From Eledone cirrhosa (taxonomy: Eukaryota): DNA of 64,000 nt. The stretch spans positions 183,582,001 to 183,646,000 of the forward strand of contig OZ024743.1 in NCBI GenBank assembly GCA_964016885.1, in the 5' to 3' direction. The notes below the pieces were generated by a model. The model saw only the letters and a list, made by a program, of their open reading frames with translations, did no database searches and was not told the DNA's origin. Position numbers and translations under genes: made by a program. Positions 22,861-34,955 of the stretch are shown one piece after another; position 1 is the first letter of the stretch; the number at the start of each line of letters is the position of its first letter.

Positions 22861-24389
22861 CTGGATTGTTGGATTGGGAGTAATTGGTAGAGCGTCGGAC
22901 AACATGGTTTGTGGCATATAGTTACATTCCTTTACATTCTGAGTTTAAATCCTGCCAAGGTTAGCTTTGCCTTACATTCTTATGGGATTGATAAAATAAA
23001 GTACCTGTAACACACACACACACACTGGGGTCAACTTTCCCTTCCCTCAAAAATTGTTGGCCTTGTGCCTAAATCAGAAGCCATTATTATTTTCGTTTTT
23101 GTTGTTTTGTTAAAAAGATCAAATAGAAAAGAAATGGAGGGGGTTTTACTTTTGGGTAAACAATTGTTAAAACATAGGACAAATATATTATAATATTTGT
23201 TCCAACTCTCTTTGGGTTGATAAAATCCAGACCTCCCCCATAGATTGTTTCTCTTGTGCCTAAATTAGAAACAATTATTATTATTTACAATAATGGTAGA
23301 GTGGTGGATTGACTGTATTGGTGTTGTGTTGGACAACATACTTTGAAACATAGTTACAGCCCTTTACATTGTGAGTTCAAATCCTGCCGAGGTCAACTTT
23401 GCCTTTCATCCTTACAGGGTCGATAAAATAAAGTATTAGTAAATTGTTGGCTGTGTGCCTAAATCAGGAACCATTATTCACGAGAATCGTAATATTATAT
23501 GAGAGATTATGTTTCCTATTAGTGAAATTGTCTCAGAATTTGACTTGGTTGTCAGGGGCTTTATTTATGAGTGTTACTTAATTATTGCCATACCCCCACC
23601 TCCATTGTCTCCAACAACAAACTAAACTAAAGCTGTTACATTCAGGCAGCCTAGACATAATTCCCCACCTTCTTCTATTTTATACCAACAGATGAACCAA
23701 ACATACAACATTGACCTGGAGAAGCACATTATCTCTCTCCCGCCTTTTGAAAAGTTTTAATTTTCAATTTAAGCACTCATGTTTGTTTTGACACGTCTAC
23801 ACATATACATGTGTGAGTGCATATAATACCAACTACATTATTGATACCATATACGCACACACACACACATATATATACATATATCAAAAGGGTGTTTTAT
23901 TTATTAAAAATTATGTAATGTGTATGTGTGTGTTTGTGGACTCATGCTATGTATAATATTGAACATATTTAATCTTTGGAGGCCAAGATTCCTCTGCCAT
24001 ACATATCAAGATTATTGGATATATGAACAATCATAAGCTGAGAAATTTTGTGTTTTAATAAATTAAGTTTGCATAAACATAACCCTATAGTTTATGTTGA
24101 TTACTGATATGTGGAAGTGATTATAGATAAAAATATTTTAATTTATTTCTAGGATATATGTTCAGTATTTATGATTAAATGTATGTGCATCTTTGGAGAA
24201 ATAACTATTTACAGGGACAAACATAGGACCTTGTGATTAGAAAATGAAATTCTTGTTGCAGTATAGCTGAGATAGGAAATATATTGTGTGTTACACACAC
24301 ACATATATATCTTGAGTTAAATTGGGTGTAACCACAGTGAATAAGGTACTCAATACATTAGTAGAGTGAGAACATCAAACATTTAATAT

Positions 24390-24503
24390 AGAAATGACTT
24401 CTACAGGATTAGAACTGTTTATTTCATATGAAATCATCAGGAATGTCCATTCCTGAGGATTTCATATGAATGAAACGGTTCTTGTCCTGTAGAAGCCATT
24501 TCT
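24390..24503. repeat. Fold-back inverted repeat (55-bp arms), each arm carrying a CTGANGA box
   Basis: Seven mismatches between arms. CTGAGGA at 24453-59 (+) and CTGATGA at 24440-34 (-). Confidence 0.85.
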
Positions 24504-24875
24504 CTCTCTCTATATATATAACAATATAATATAATACAATTAACGACAAACACAAGACTGATAGTGATACATTAACATTTGATTCTAATCTTTTCTCACC
24601 TTTTATTGTTGCAAGCATTAGATATGCTTTAACCCACTTGTATTAAGTAGTTATTATAATAATTACCAACTCCAGGATAAAATGAAGACATAGCTATGGA
24701 ATTTTGCTTGTAGAGAGGATTAATGTTTTCATTTATTGTTAATGACAATGGATGTTAATTAAGCTGTCATTTGATTATTGTTTTTACCAATCCAATTACC
24801 TTTGTATTTTGAAGGTGTAACTGATTGACAGCAATTTAACTTCTGACTTTATTGGCTAACAATATCACTATAGAG

Positions 24876-24946
24876 GTAGATGTGTATCTATCTGGGGGTA
24901 GATGTATATCTATCTGGGGGTAGATGTATATCTATCTGGGGGTAGA
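24876..24946. repeat. 22-bp tandem repeat, about 3 copies
   Basis: Unit GGTAGATGTATATCTATCTGGG. Confidence 0.85.
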
Positions 24947-25108
24947 CTTTGTTGGGATTCATGTTGTTAGATAGATTAAATTAAAAGATGGTATGGATGT
25001 GTAGGTAAGGAGGGTTGATATGAAACTAGTTGATTTACGGTTCCATCTTGCTGGGCAACACCTCGAGTAAATGTGTTCTACTATAGCCTTGAATTGACTA
25101 ATGACTTG

Positions 25109-25154
<46 letters not shown>

Positions 25155-25370
25155 CATATATATATATATATATATATCATCATCATCGTTTTTATGTCTG
25201 CTTTTCTATGCTTCCATGAGTTGGACTATATGTGCATGTGTATAGGGTCTGCGGTGCTGAGACCGGGGAGACCACTAATCATAGGAATACTCAATACATG
25301 GGGTGATACACAGTGGGTATGGAGATATGTAAAAGCGGTTTCGGCTTGGTGCCGTGGTCAGGATTTTACA

Positions 25371-25512
<142 letters not shown>

Positions 25513-25916
25513 AGTATATAGGTATAAAAAACATATATGTGGACTTGTTGACTAATAACCCCTCGATCTCAATGTAAAAAGGTTAACATTTCCAAACAAT
25601 TATACAATTTAGATATCTTGTACAAAAAACATATACAACATATAATCAGTTGGAACAATGAAATATTACTTTATATTAGCAATATACAGTTCTATTACAT
25701 ACCCAGACACTGCTGTTTCTAGTTCTGAAAAACCGTGATAATTACCACAACTGAATGAGTAATTAGTCTGCCAAGATAAGAACTTTCGTAGTCAGCCATT
25801 TTGGAGTTCCAAAATGGCTGATTAAATACATACATACTTTTTCTCAAAAAAATGTTTCCTATTCCTTCCTTTTCTCACCCTTTATCTTTGTATTTCATCT
25901 TTTATTTCTCATTCTA

Positions 25917-25952
25917 TCTTCTGATGAAGGACTAGTGTCCAAAATGTAAAGA
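25917..25952 (+). ncRNA. Decayed minimal hammerhead motif of the Penelope type
   Basis: TCTT-CTGATGA-A-GGAC(TAGT)GTCC-AAAATGTA-AAGA. It differs from ...CCGAAACGTA by two CpG-type transitions. Confidence 0.6.
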
Positions 25953-28096
25953 CACTTTTCCTACTATATCAAGCGTTAAACTAATATATTTTCATTGTAT
26001 TGTGTTTTTTACTTTGTTGTTTCCATTTACCTTCTGCATATATACATAACAAAGAAAGTGTGGTAAGGAACCAGGTGGACCATAACAACTCAGAGTACTC
26101 GATACTATATATATATATATATATATATTGTTTAATATAGAAATGGATTCTACAGGACTATCATCATTCTTACATCCACTTTTCCATGCTGGTATGGCTT
26201 TGACGAGGTATTTTGAGCCTGTGTTTTACAGTTGGATACCCTTGATGATGCCAACCCTTTTAGCCACTCATATGACATGCAGGGATAAGCTGTATCTAAT
26301 CTAAAAACCAGGATACACACAGCATATGTGTGTGTGTATATATATATATGCATATATTTGTGCCTGTGTTTATATCCTGTAATATAAGTCTGTTAAAAAG
26401 AGTAATAAAATATGTACAGGAGCCAATATGATTGATTAGATCAAGGCAGTGCTCCAGCATGGCCACAGCCTACTGACTGAGGCAACTAAAAGAATTAAGA
26501 AAAAAAAAGACTAAAAAATGTATGTAGTATATGGGTGTTAGGCACAACATCACCAACCTGTGAACCAATGAGGAATTCTTGATTTGATTTCTTGACCTAC
26601 TACAAAGAAGCAGCTAATTCACCATCAAATGAAACCCTACATATGTAACAGAAGGACATATTGGATAATGTGGTCTTGAATATATGCTGCTTAGAAAATA
26701 CAAATGGGATGGTGACTGCTGGAATGTCTTTGATCATAAAGGAGCTCAAATTAGAGCTGACCTGGGCCAAACCCTACCAATTCCTTCTTCAGTGTCTTTT
26801 GTGGGGCTCTCCCTTTTGCAAGCATTTGGACCTGACCTCTAGTTCCCCTGACTCCAGCTTTCCCTCCAGATATTCTTATATAGATGTCCAGTCTCTGCAT
26901 TTGTTTCATCAGTCGAGGAGAGTTGGCAAGGGCCCTGGGCACTCCTCCCTCCTGTCCTGACTAACATCTATGTATTTCTAAATGTCATCTCCCACCACCA
27001 ATCAATATAGTTGAATTTGTCATTGTGTCAATTCATCAGAATGTTGTTTGTGTTATTTTTATAGTTTATATGAGTATTATGATACATCTACTTAAGAATA
27101 AGACTGACTAGCAATTGAGTGGTGTGTGCATGTCACCTTTCCACTGACCTACTTAAACCAATTGTCAGTCATACAACTAGCAACTGTGACTGGTCTATAC
27201 ATGTCACTATGTCACGTTTCCACTGTCCACTGACCTACTTAAATCAATGGTCAGTCATACAACAAATAACTTGCAAGAACAAGATTATGATCTGCTGAAT
27301 TCAAAATATTTTCTGGACACATATTTTGCTCAAGATTGAACATGAAATCCTGCTCATTCAATTGTCATATTTAACACATACCCACATGAGTGCCATCCTC
27401 CTGCCACATCCATTCTCACTACATAATGGAACATCATAGACACCTCTTAAAACACCTGTCTGACAAAACCCAGTCACATGACTGTGACCTTCCCATTTGT
27501 AGTTATGCTATTTAATATGCCTTTTGGTCTACAGTAAATGACTTCCGAATTAGTCTTATTGGTAGTCACTCCTCTCTGGACAGGCTTAACTTGACAGCTA
27601 ATTTTACTTTTGACTGTAAATGTGGTTGGTGTTAGTAACGGCATCTAGCCATAGAAACCAAACCAGAAACAGTTCTGTATGAGCAAGACACTGTCATCTG
27701 ACCTGGCTTATCTCACAACGGGACAACTCTTCTAAACTATGCTAGTGTGGAAAAATGGGCATTAACCAATGATAATGATGATGAAACTAAATTTTGATGT
27801 ACATCTACTTGTACATTAATTTCATCATTGAACTAATTACCAACCCTCAATTCACTGATAGCATCTCTGTACTTAGCTTGTACTCCTCTCAAAAGCCATT
27901 CATGTATGCTTAGTTTTATTAGAGCCCACCAAAATAGTGTGGTATTCTGCCAAAGGTCTTTACTAAATCAACAAATGCTGGATACAATGGTTTACTTTGG
28001 TTGTGAACTTTCCTTGTAGTTGTTTCACCAAGAAGAGGTTATCAGTTGTAATTAGTCCTGGCACAAATCCAAATTGCATCACATCTGAACTTACTT

Positions 28097-28790
28097 TATA
28101 TACTCTAATATATGTGACCCCTATTTTATGTTTGAGAAATAGGGAAAAATTCAAACCTCATTTATAAGCTGAGGCAGGTATCAACACATGTTTAGGTGAT
28201 GCGGTTTTTTGAAATTCTCGTAAATGGAAAATATATTTATGAAATTTAAATATTTTGATATTTAAAATGTTTTAACCCTTTAGCATTCAAACCGGCCATA
28301 TCCGGCCAGAAATGTCTCACCTCCTTCTGTTCAAACCAGTTGAAACTGGCTGCTTATACTGATGTTAAGGTATTGTTCTCAAAATAAATAATATCAAAAT
28401 CTAAGATTCAATATTATGTGAGATAATTATGTAAGATAAAGAGTTTACTACAAAAATACGATAATATATATAGAGTAATGTGAATGATAGAGGGTTAAGT
28501 GTTGTTTAGAGTATAGTTTTTGTTTCACAACCCCATTATGTAAGGATTATTTTACCAATTTCCGGCCATTTTGAAGGCCGTATTCAATCAAAACATAAAA
28601 AATGATAGGAAATACGAATTTCACATTGAAAGTGAAACCAGTGTAATATTCACCTCCAAAGCAAAAATATTTTAGCACCTCATTTATGTAGAATTTTGAA
28701 ATTGGTGAAAATGTGCAAAATATTAACCTTGAATATAAGCATCCCTCTAAATTTACCATCCATGTTTGTTTTTTTTTTGTCACATATTTC
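28097..28790 (+). mobile_element. Tc1/mariner-superfamily MITE (paralog of 52879-53369) with a nested TTAA element
   Basis: Colinear similarity with 52879-53345. Confidence 0.75.
28276..28494. mobile_element. piggyBac-like MITE
   Basis: TTAA|CCCTTTAGCATT...AATGATAGAGGG|TTAA. Absent from the paralogous site near 53060. Confidence 0.8.
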
Positions 28791-29614
28791 TTGGCAATTC
28801 TATTCCTAATCAGCTGTTACTTTCATAACCTGATCCATCAATTTGATGCCTCTATAATTGCTCCTTTCTAGAGCATCTCATTTACCTTTGTAGCAATTAA
28901 TGATGAAACTGCTATGCCATTCACCTGATATGACACCATCATGTATTACCTATTTGACTGTGTCAGTGTCTAGCTTAAGTCTTACTTTTCCAGATGTTTT
29001 CAGCAGCTCAGCAACTATCCCAGATGCCCATACACATAAATATATACATATTAATATATGCACACACATATATTAATAATTACATACACAATATAAACAT
29101 ACACACATATATATTAATATATACATACACATAAATACACACACACACATTATGTACATACACATACATAAACATGTACATACACATACGTAAACTCATG
29201 CATTAATATGTACATACATGTAGTATTAACTTGGATATTTACCATGCGGTATTCTAATTCTATTGTATCTCTCTCAGTTATTTACCATGCGACCCTCACT
29301 TCCTACCCCCCCCCCCTCTCTATGCATCCCTTTAAGGTTTACTACCCTGTCTTTAACCTAATTCATTCAATCTGAAAATATTGAAGAGATAAGACACTTT
29401 CCCATTCTTCTCTGCTAAAATGTATCACTAGAGTTGATTCCAATTTTTCCAGCCATCCATCCATCCATCCATCCTTACTAATCTACGAAGGTATTTTAGC
29501 CTACATATTGTTGTTAATATTAATGATTAATGATGTTCCCTGCTGTATTAGCGCTAAATTTTCGAGGGTTTTTCTTAATAGTTTTTCATGACGTTATTAT
29601 TGTTAATTTTACTG

Positions 29615-32600
29615 ATGTAGTATTAACTTGGATATTTACCATGCGGTATTCTAATTCTATTGTATCTCTCTCAGTTATTTACCATGCGACCCTCACTTCC
29701 TACCTCACAAGTTCCCCCCCCCCCCCCCACCCCCACACACCACCATAGTCTATTCGACCAATCAAACCTAGCATGCCATTTCCACTGCTGCTGCTACTAC
29801 CTGCCTAACTAACTCTCTCCTCCTCTGGCGCATCCCAACGCACCCTGCCATTACCCCACCACCACTGTTCTTCTAGCCCTCAATTTTCCCACCGTTATGG
29901 ATGGATGAGCTGAGAATACATTTGAGCAACTCTGAATCAATAGATGAAATATGAATCTGCGAGCTACCAAGCACCCACGTGAAGCGCCAACCCAGAGACC
30001 CTCCCCTACGAGTGTCGACAAATGCCCAAAACTCCGAGTTGGTACCATCAATGTAGGCTCAATGAAAGGAAGAGCAGGAGAAATCGTAGAAATGCTAGAG
30101 CGAAAGGAAGTTGATGTATGCTGTGTGCAAGAGACTAGATGGAGAGGAGGGTCTGCTAGAGTCCTTGTAGGAAAAAGCCAGTGCTACAAATTTTTCTGGG
30201 TGGGAAATGACGATGGGATGGGTGGTGTAGGTATACTATTAGCTGACAAGTGGGTAGATAAAGTAATCTCAGTGTACAGGGTAAATGCAAGAATCATTAA
30301 ACTCAGACTAGTCCTGAATAAGACAATTACCACAATAATATCAGCTTACGCACCCCAATCGGGGCTGCCAGACGAACTTAAGGATAGGTTTTACGAGTCC
30401 CTAATACACACTACTGCTCTAACAGACGACAAGGACTTCCTAATCATTGCAGGAGATTTTAACGGACACGTAGGTAAACACTGCGACGGCTTCAATAGAG
30501 TACATGGAGGCCATGGAGTTGGCACAAGGAATGAGGAAGGATTCAGACTTCTAGAATTCTGCGACGCCAATGACATGTTGATATGTAACACAAACTTTAA
30601 AAAACCCGACAACCACCTGATCACCTATAGATCAGGGGAGCACTCTAGTCAGTTAGATTTTATCCTCATCAGAGGACGTGACAGATGGACGGTCGTAAAC
30701 ACAAAAGCCTTCCCTAGTGAGGAATGTACATCCCAACATAGCTTAGTTGTCAGCGACCTCACGGTCAGAACTAGACGAACCCGGAAACAGAGGCCAACCT
30801 GGAGAAGAAAGATCTGGAAGCTGAAAGTCCCCTCAACCAGTAACAGATTTAAAGATATTTTACTCAACGCCTACGGCAGTAAAGAAGAACAGATAGAGAC
30901 ATTTAACGTAGAAGAGAACTGGGAGTTCCTAAAAAATAACTTTCTAGAGGCGACGGATGAGGTTTGTGGCTGGAGTAAGACCTCAAGCAGGAGGAGAGTG
31001 ACTTGGTGGTGGAACAATAAGGTAGATGAAGCAGTCAAGGCCAAGAGACAGGCATGGAAAGAATGGAAGAACGGGGGGAGCAGGGTACATTACATAGAGA
31101 CCAAGAGGGAAGCTAGGCGACAAGTATACTTAGCTAGGAGGGAAGCAGAGGATAGAAAATTCAAGCATGTTTTACAACGTGAGGACCAGAAACAGGAGGT
31201 ATTCAAGATTGCGAGGCAGTGTGTCAGAGATAGTTGTGATGTCATTGGAGAGAAGTGTATCCGGAATGATAAAGGTGAGCTTGCCCTCACAAGTGCTGAG
31301 AAGAAAGATGCATGGAAGAGTCATTATGATAGATTACTAAATGAGGAGAATGCATGGGAAGAAGAGACCCTACCCCACGTAGACCCTATAGAGGGACCAG
31401 CAGTACAAGTCAGCGGCAGCGTAGTAAGTAAGGCAATCAGAGATATGAAGATAGGGAAGGCAACCGGTCCATCGGGTATAGCTGCCGAGATGCTGAAGGC
31501 ATCTGGGTCTGTAGGTCACACTATAACCACACGTATCGTTAACCAGGTGATACTAGAAGGGGCCATACCAAAAGATTGGTGCAGTAGCATCATTGTCAAC
31601 TGCTACAAAGGTAAAGGCGATGCACTAGATAGAGGAAACTATAGAGGTATAAAGTTGATGGACCAGGTCATGAAAGTAACAGAAAGAGTTATAGCACAGC
31701 TGATTAGGGACCGGGTGAATATAGACGAGATGCAATTTGGGTTTGTACCAGGGAAAGGCACCACTGATGCCCTCTTCCTTGTGAGGCAATTACAGGAAAA
31801 GTACCTAGCTAAAAGTAAGCCACTCTACTTGGCATTTGTCGACCTTGAGAAAGCCTTTGACAGAGTTCCACGTGCAGTAATCTGGTGGGCTCTTAGAAAA
31901 CTAGGAGTAGATGAATGGCTTGTGAAAGTGGTACAAGCCATGTATAGGGGAGCAGTCAGCAAAGTTAGGATTAGCAATGAGTATAGCGAGGAATTTAGCG
32001 TACAGGTTGGGGTGCACCAGGGCTCTGTTCTTAGCCCTCTCCTGTTCATCATAGTCCTGCAGGCAATAACGGAGGAGTTTAAGACCGGATGCCCATGGGA
32101 ACTCCTGCATGCTGATGACCTCGCACTCATAGCTGAATCTATGGTAGAACTAGAGAATAAATTCCAAACCTGGAAGCAGGAACTAGAGAGAAAGGGCCTC
32201 AAAGTCAACATGACAAAGACTAAGGTCCTTGTAAGTAGACGAGAAAACAGAACCCAGATCCCCTCAGGGAAATGGCCTTGCTCAGTATGTAGGAAAGGTG
32301 TAGGTAGGAACTCCATTCTCTGCCCCAAATGCAAACAATGGGTACACAAGAGATGTAGCGGGATCTCAGGAAGCTTAATTAAGAATGTAGGATTCACATG
32401 CAGCAGCTGTGCTGAAACAGCAAGCAAACAGCCACAGGAAACAAGTACCACCAATCTCTGGGAGGGCCCTGTAGAAACAGTAGACAGCTTCTGCTACCTA
32501 GGTGACCGAATTAGCAACGGAGGTGGGTGCTCAGAAAGTACAATAACTAGGGTAAGAACGGGATGGAAGAAGCTACCACTGCTAGCTGCAAAAGGCTTCT

Positions 32601-33351
32601 CCCTCAGAATGAAAGGCAGACTGTATGATGCGTGTATCCGAACAGCGATGTTGCATGGTAGTGAGACCTGGGCGCTGAAGGTGGAAGACTTACGTAGATT
32701 AGAGAGAAAGGAAGCCTGCATGCTCCGATGGATGTGTAACAGTAATATACGTGAACGACAAAGCATAAATGAATTGAGAGAGAGACTGAGCATAAGAGGA
32801 ATCAAATGCTGCGTGCAGGAGAGGCGGTTACGCTGGTATGGACATGTGATGCGTATGAAGGATGACAGCTGCATAAAAAGGTGCAGAGCACTAGAAGTTG
32901 ATGGAAACCGCGGAGTGGGGAGACCCAAGATGACTTGGGATGAGGTGATAAAAGCCGACCTTACCCAACTACACCTCTCAAAGTCAATGACACACGACCG
33001 TGACTTCTGGCGTCACGCAGTAATACAGGGTACCCGACCTCCCATGGGTACATGCTGAAGCATATAAACAATATGCCCCCACTCCCCCCACCGCAAGGTG
33101 GTCGTGGAGGTGCCACGGCAAAAAAGCACCCAGCTCACACTGTAAAGTGGACGTGTAGGCGCCACGAAAAAGCACCCAGCACTCACTGTAAATGAGGTTG
33201 GTGTTAGGAAGGGCATCCAGCTGTAGAAATCAAGCCAGATCAGTTCCTGTATGAGCAAGGCATGGTCAGCCGACCAGACACTGCCCACAACAGGACAACC
33301 CGTCTAACCCATGCTAGCGTGGAAGAACGGACGTAAAACGGTGATGATGAT
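29615..33351 (+). mobile_element. Near full-length RTE LINE (5' boundary uncertain) with a (GAT)n tail
   Basis: Single long ORF, a 3' UTR with the GGAAGGGCATCC motif, and a tail at 33340-33351. Confidence 0.9.
29951..33058 (+). CDS. RTE ORF: APE endonuclease, reverse transcriptase and PHD finger (1035 aa)
   Basis: VGTINVGSM, VQETRW, SAYAPQ, AGDFNGHVG, SQLDFIL, SQH; [28 protein letters not shown] (YADD in sibling copies); C4HC3 at 32279-32410; RLRWYGHVMR. Confidence 0.95.
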   Translation: MNLRATKHPREAPTQRPSPTSVDKCPKLRVGTINVGSMKGRAGEIVEMLERKEVDVCCVQETRWRGGSARVLVGKSQCYKFFWVGNDDGMGGVGILLADKWVDKVISVYRVNARIIKLRLVLNKTITTIISAYAPQSGLPDELKDRFYESLIHTTALTDDKDFLIIAGDFNGHVGKHCDGFNRVHGGHGVGTRNEEGFRLLEFCDANDMLICNTNFKKPDNHLITYRSGEHSSQLDFILIRGRDRWTVVNTKAFPSEECTSQHSLVVSDLTVRTRRTRKQRPTWRRKIWKLKVPSTSNRFKDILLNAYGSKEEQIETFNVEENWEFLKNNFLEATDEVCGWSKTSSRRRVTWWWNNKVDEAVKAKRQAWKEWKNGGSRVHYIETKREARRQVYLARREAEDRKFKHVLQREDQKQEVFKIARQCVRDSCDVIGEKCIRNDKGELALTSAEKKDAWKSHYDRLLNEENAWEEETLPHVDPIEGPAVQVSGSVVSKAIRDMKIGKATGPSGIAAEMLKASGSVGHTITTRIVNQVILEGAIPKDWCSSIIVNCYKGKGDALDRGNYRGIKLMDQVMKVTERVIAQLIRDRVNIDEMQFGFVPGKGTTDALFLVRQLQEKYLAKSKPLYLAFVDLEKAFDRVPRAVIWWALRKLGVDEWLVKVVQAMYRGAVSKVRISNEYSEEFSVQVGVHQGSVLSPLLFIIVLQAITEEFKTGCPWELLHADDLALIAESMVELENKFQTWKQELERKGLKVNMTKTKVLVSRRENRTQIPSGKWPCSVCRKGVGRNSILCPKCKQWVHKRCSGISGSLIKNVGFTCSSCAETASKQPQETSTTNLWEGPVETVDSFCYLGDRISNGGGCSESTITRVRTGWKKLPLLAAKGFSLRMKGRLYDACIRTAMLHGSETWALKVEDLRRLERKEACMLRWMCNSNIRERQSINELRERLSIRGIKCCVQERRLRWYGHVMRMKDDSCIKRCRALEVDGNRGVGRPKMTWDEVIKADLTQLHLSKSMTHDRDFWRHAVIQGTRPPMGTC

Positions 33352-33608
33352 ACAGCTCGAAAGTGACACAGAGGAGACTGAGGTTAGCTGGACATGCCCA
33401 CCGACATCCAGATTTGACACTGCACTCAGTGCTCCTGTGGGAGTCCCTGTATGGACACACTGGAAGAGGAAGACCAAGGTTAACATATGTTGATGCCCTA
33501 AGGACAGACACTGGTCTCTTGGAGACGCAGGACATGGCAGCTATAATGAGGGACAGAGACCGCTGGAGAGAACTCGTCTATCGATCTCGAGAATTTTACC
33601 CACCCTAG
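33352..33608 (+). mobile_element. 3' ORF fragment of a different RTE-type LINE, abutting the (GAT)n tail
   Basis: QRRLRLAGHAHRH...LLWE...GRGRPRLTYVD.L..DTG...MRDRDRWR. Confidence 0.8.
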
Positions 33609-34793
33609 ACATATATATAAACACACATTAATATACGCATGCACTTACGTAAACAAATATATAAACATGCACACACACACACACGTACATATATAATATA
33701 CTCGTGTGTGTGTATGTGTTGTTACCCCCAAGTCAGCCCTAATTAAACAGACATAAATAAAAAAAACATGCCAGATATGCCTGTATCTTTAATATTTAGG
33801 AGTACATTCCTTTAAATGGTAGGTAGTGATTTGATGGATTTGCCTCTTATTTCTAGCATTATTGTCGTTATTTTGGAAGTATTCATCAGAACACTAAAGC
33901 CTGTCATCCTTCATGAAATTGGCTGTTATATACTTGTACATGTGTTTTTTTTTTATTCCCTACTTTCTCTGTTACCATTCCACCCTTATTCTACTATTCT
34001 TAGTTTCTTGAAGAGCTTGTGTAATCCCCCACCCTAACCCTGCCTCATTTGTGTGTGTTTTTTTACTTATTTTTTTAAAACACTTTCTCTTCAAACACTT
34101 CTCTACCTTCTCCCATCTCTTGATGATACAGTTGTGTTTGGCAACTTATAAAACAAATAGCTATTGAGTACAGCAAACTCTCCTCTTCCTCTGTTTCCTC
34201 TCATCTGTTATTGATGTTAGCTACTTAGCTTGGAATAACTTGCTAAATGCCAACCTGTAAAGGTGAAGCTGTTGCTGCTATTCTGCTGTATTGGAAGAGA
34301 AAATAAAAGTTTCAATTGAAGCAATCAATGTGAACTTTACTTATCACACATATACATCACTGTGAAGTTATAGATATATTATCTCTTATGTCACTGTTCA
34401 GAATATTAACCATCTTTTATTACTTCTTCATCTAGACCTCTCTCACTTCTCTACCACAAACTTTTATTTAGGACACAGATGGTATAAAGGTCATTACAAA
34501 AATGCTAATTCTTCACTTATCCTCAAGCTATTTGTCAGGCTAACATGATTCCTGTTTCTGTTGTGTTTAGCATTTTTCTTGAGATCATCTCTGAACAAGA
34601 CCCAGTCACAGCTAGGTCAACACTGAAACATGTTGAAAATAATATTTCACCCAAAGAATGCCTGTTATAGATTTGATCTTGCAACTCTTGTACACTACTG
34701 ATTAAGAAATCAGTATTTTGTTAAAGGTTGTGGTTTTGTTGTTCTAATCCCCAGCTTAATGTGAGTGTTTCTCAAATATCAAATGATCTAGAC

Positions 34794-34955
34794 CGGCGTT
34801 TCTCAACCATTTAATCACGACACATTATACCAGCATTCAGCTTATTTTCTGAAGTTTGTATAAATTTTATCCAATAACTGATTATGAAAAAGTGCTTTTA
34901 TTTTTTAAATGTTAAATACAGAAAGGGGTTATCTTAAGAAGGTTTTGAACTACTG
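34794..34955. mobile_element. hAT-Charlie-like MITE
   Basis: Termini CGGCGTTTCTCAACC and GGTTTTGAACTACTG. Flanks ATCTAGAC and CTCTAGAT fit an NTCTAGAN-type 8-bp TSD. Confidence 0.6.

Larger units (their letters stand above)
27930..29030 (-). mobile_element. Old RTE RT relic (about 27930-28085 and 28800-29030) split by a DNA-transposon MITE
   Basis: MQFGFVPGLITTDNLFLVKQLQ on the minus strand. The upstream piece resembles the GIVAELLK/NYRGIKL region. Confidence 0.65.

Noticed and set aside
31825-32928. Antisense ORFs over RTE and CR1 coding regions
   Set aside because: Shadow frames of LINE ORFs with no independent motifs.
34118-34172. TTGATGA-hairpin-AAAAC followed by TATTGAGTAC
   Set aside because: It resembles the fold-back hammerhead family, but both core boxes are mutated; too degenerate to call.
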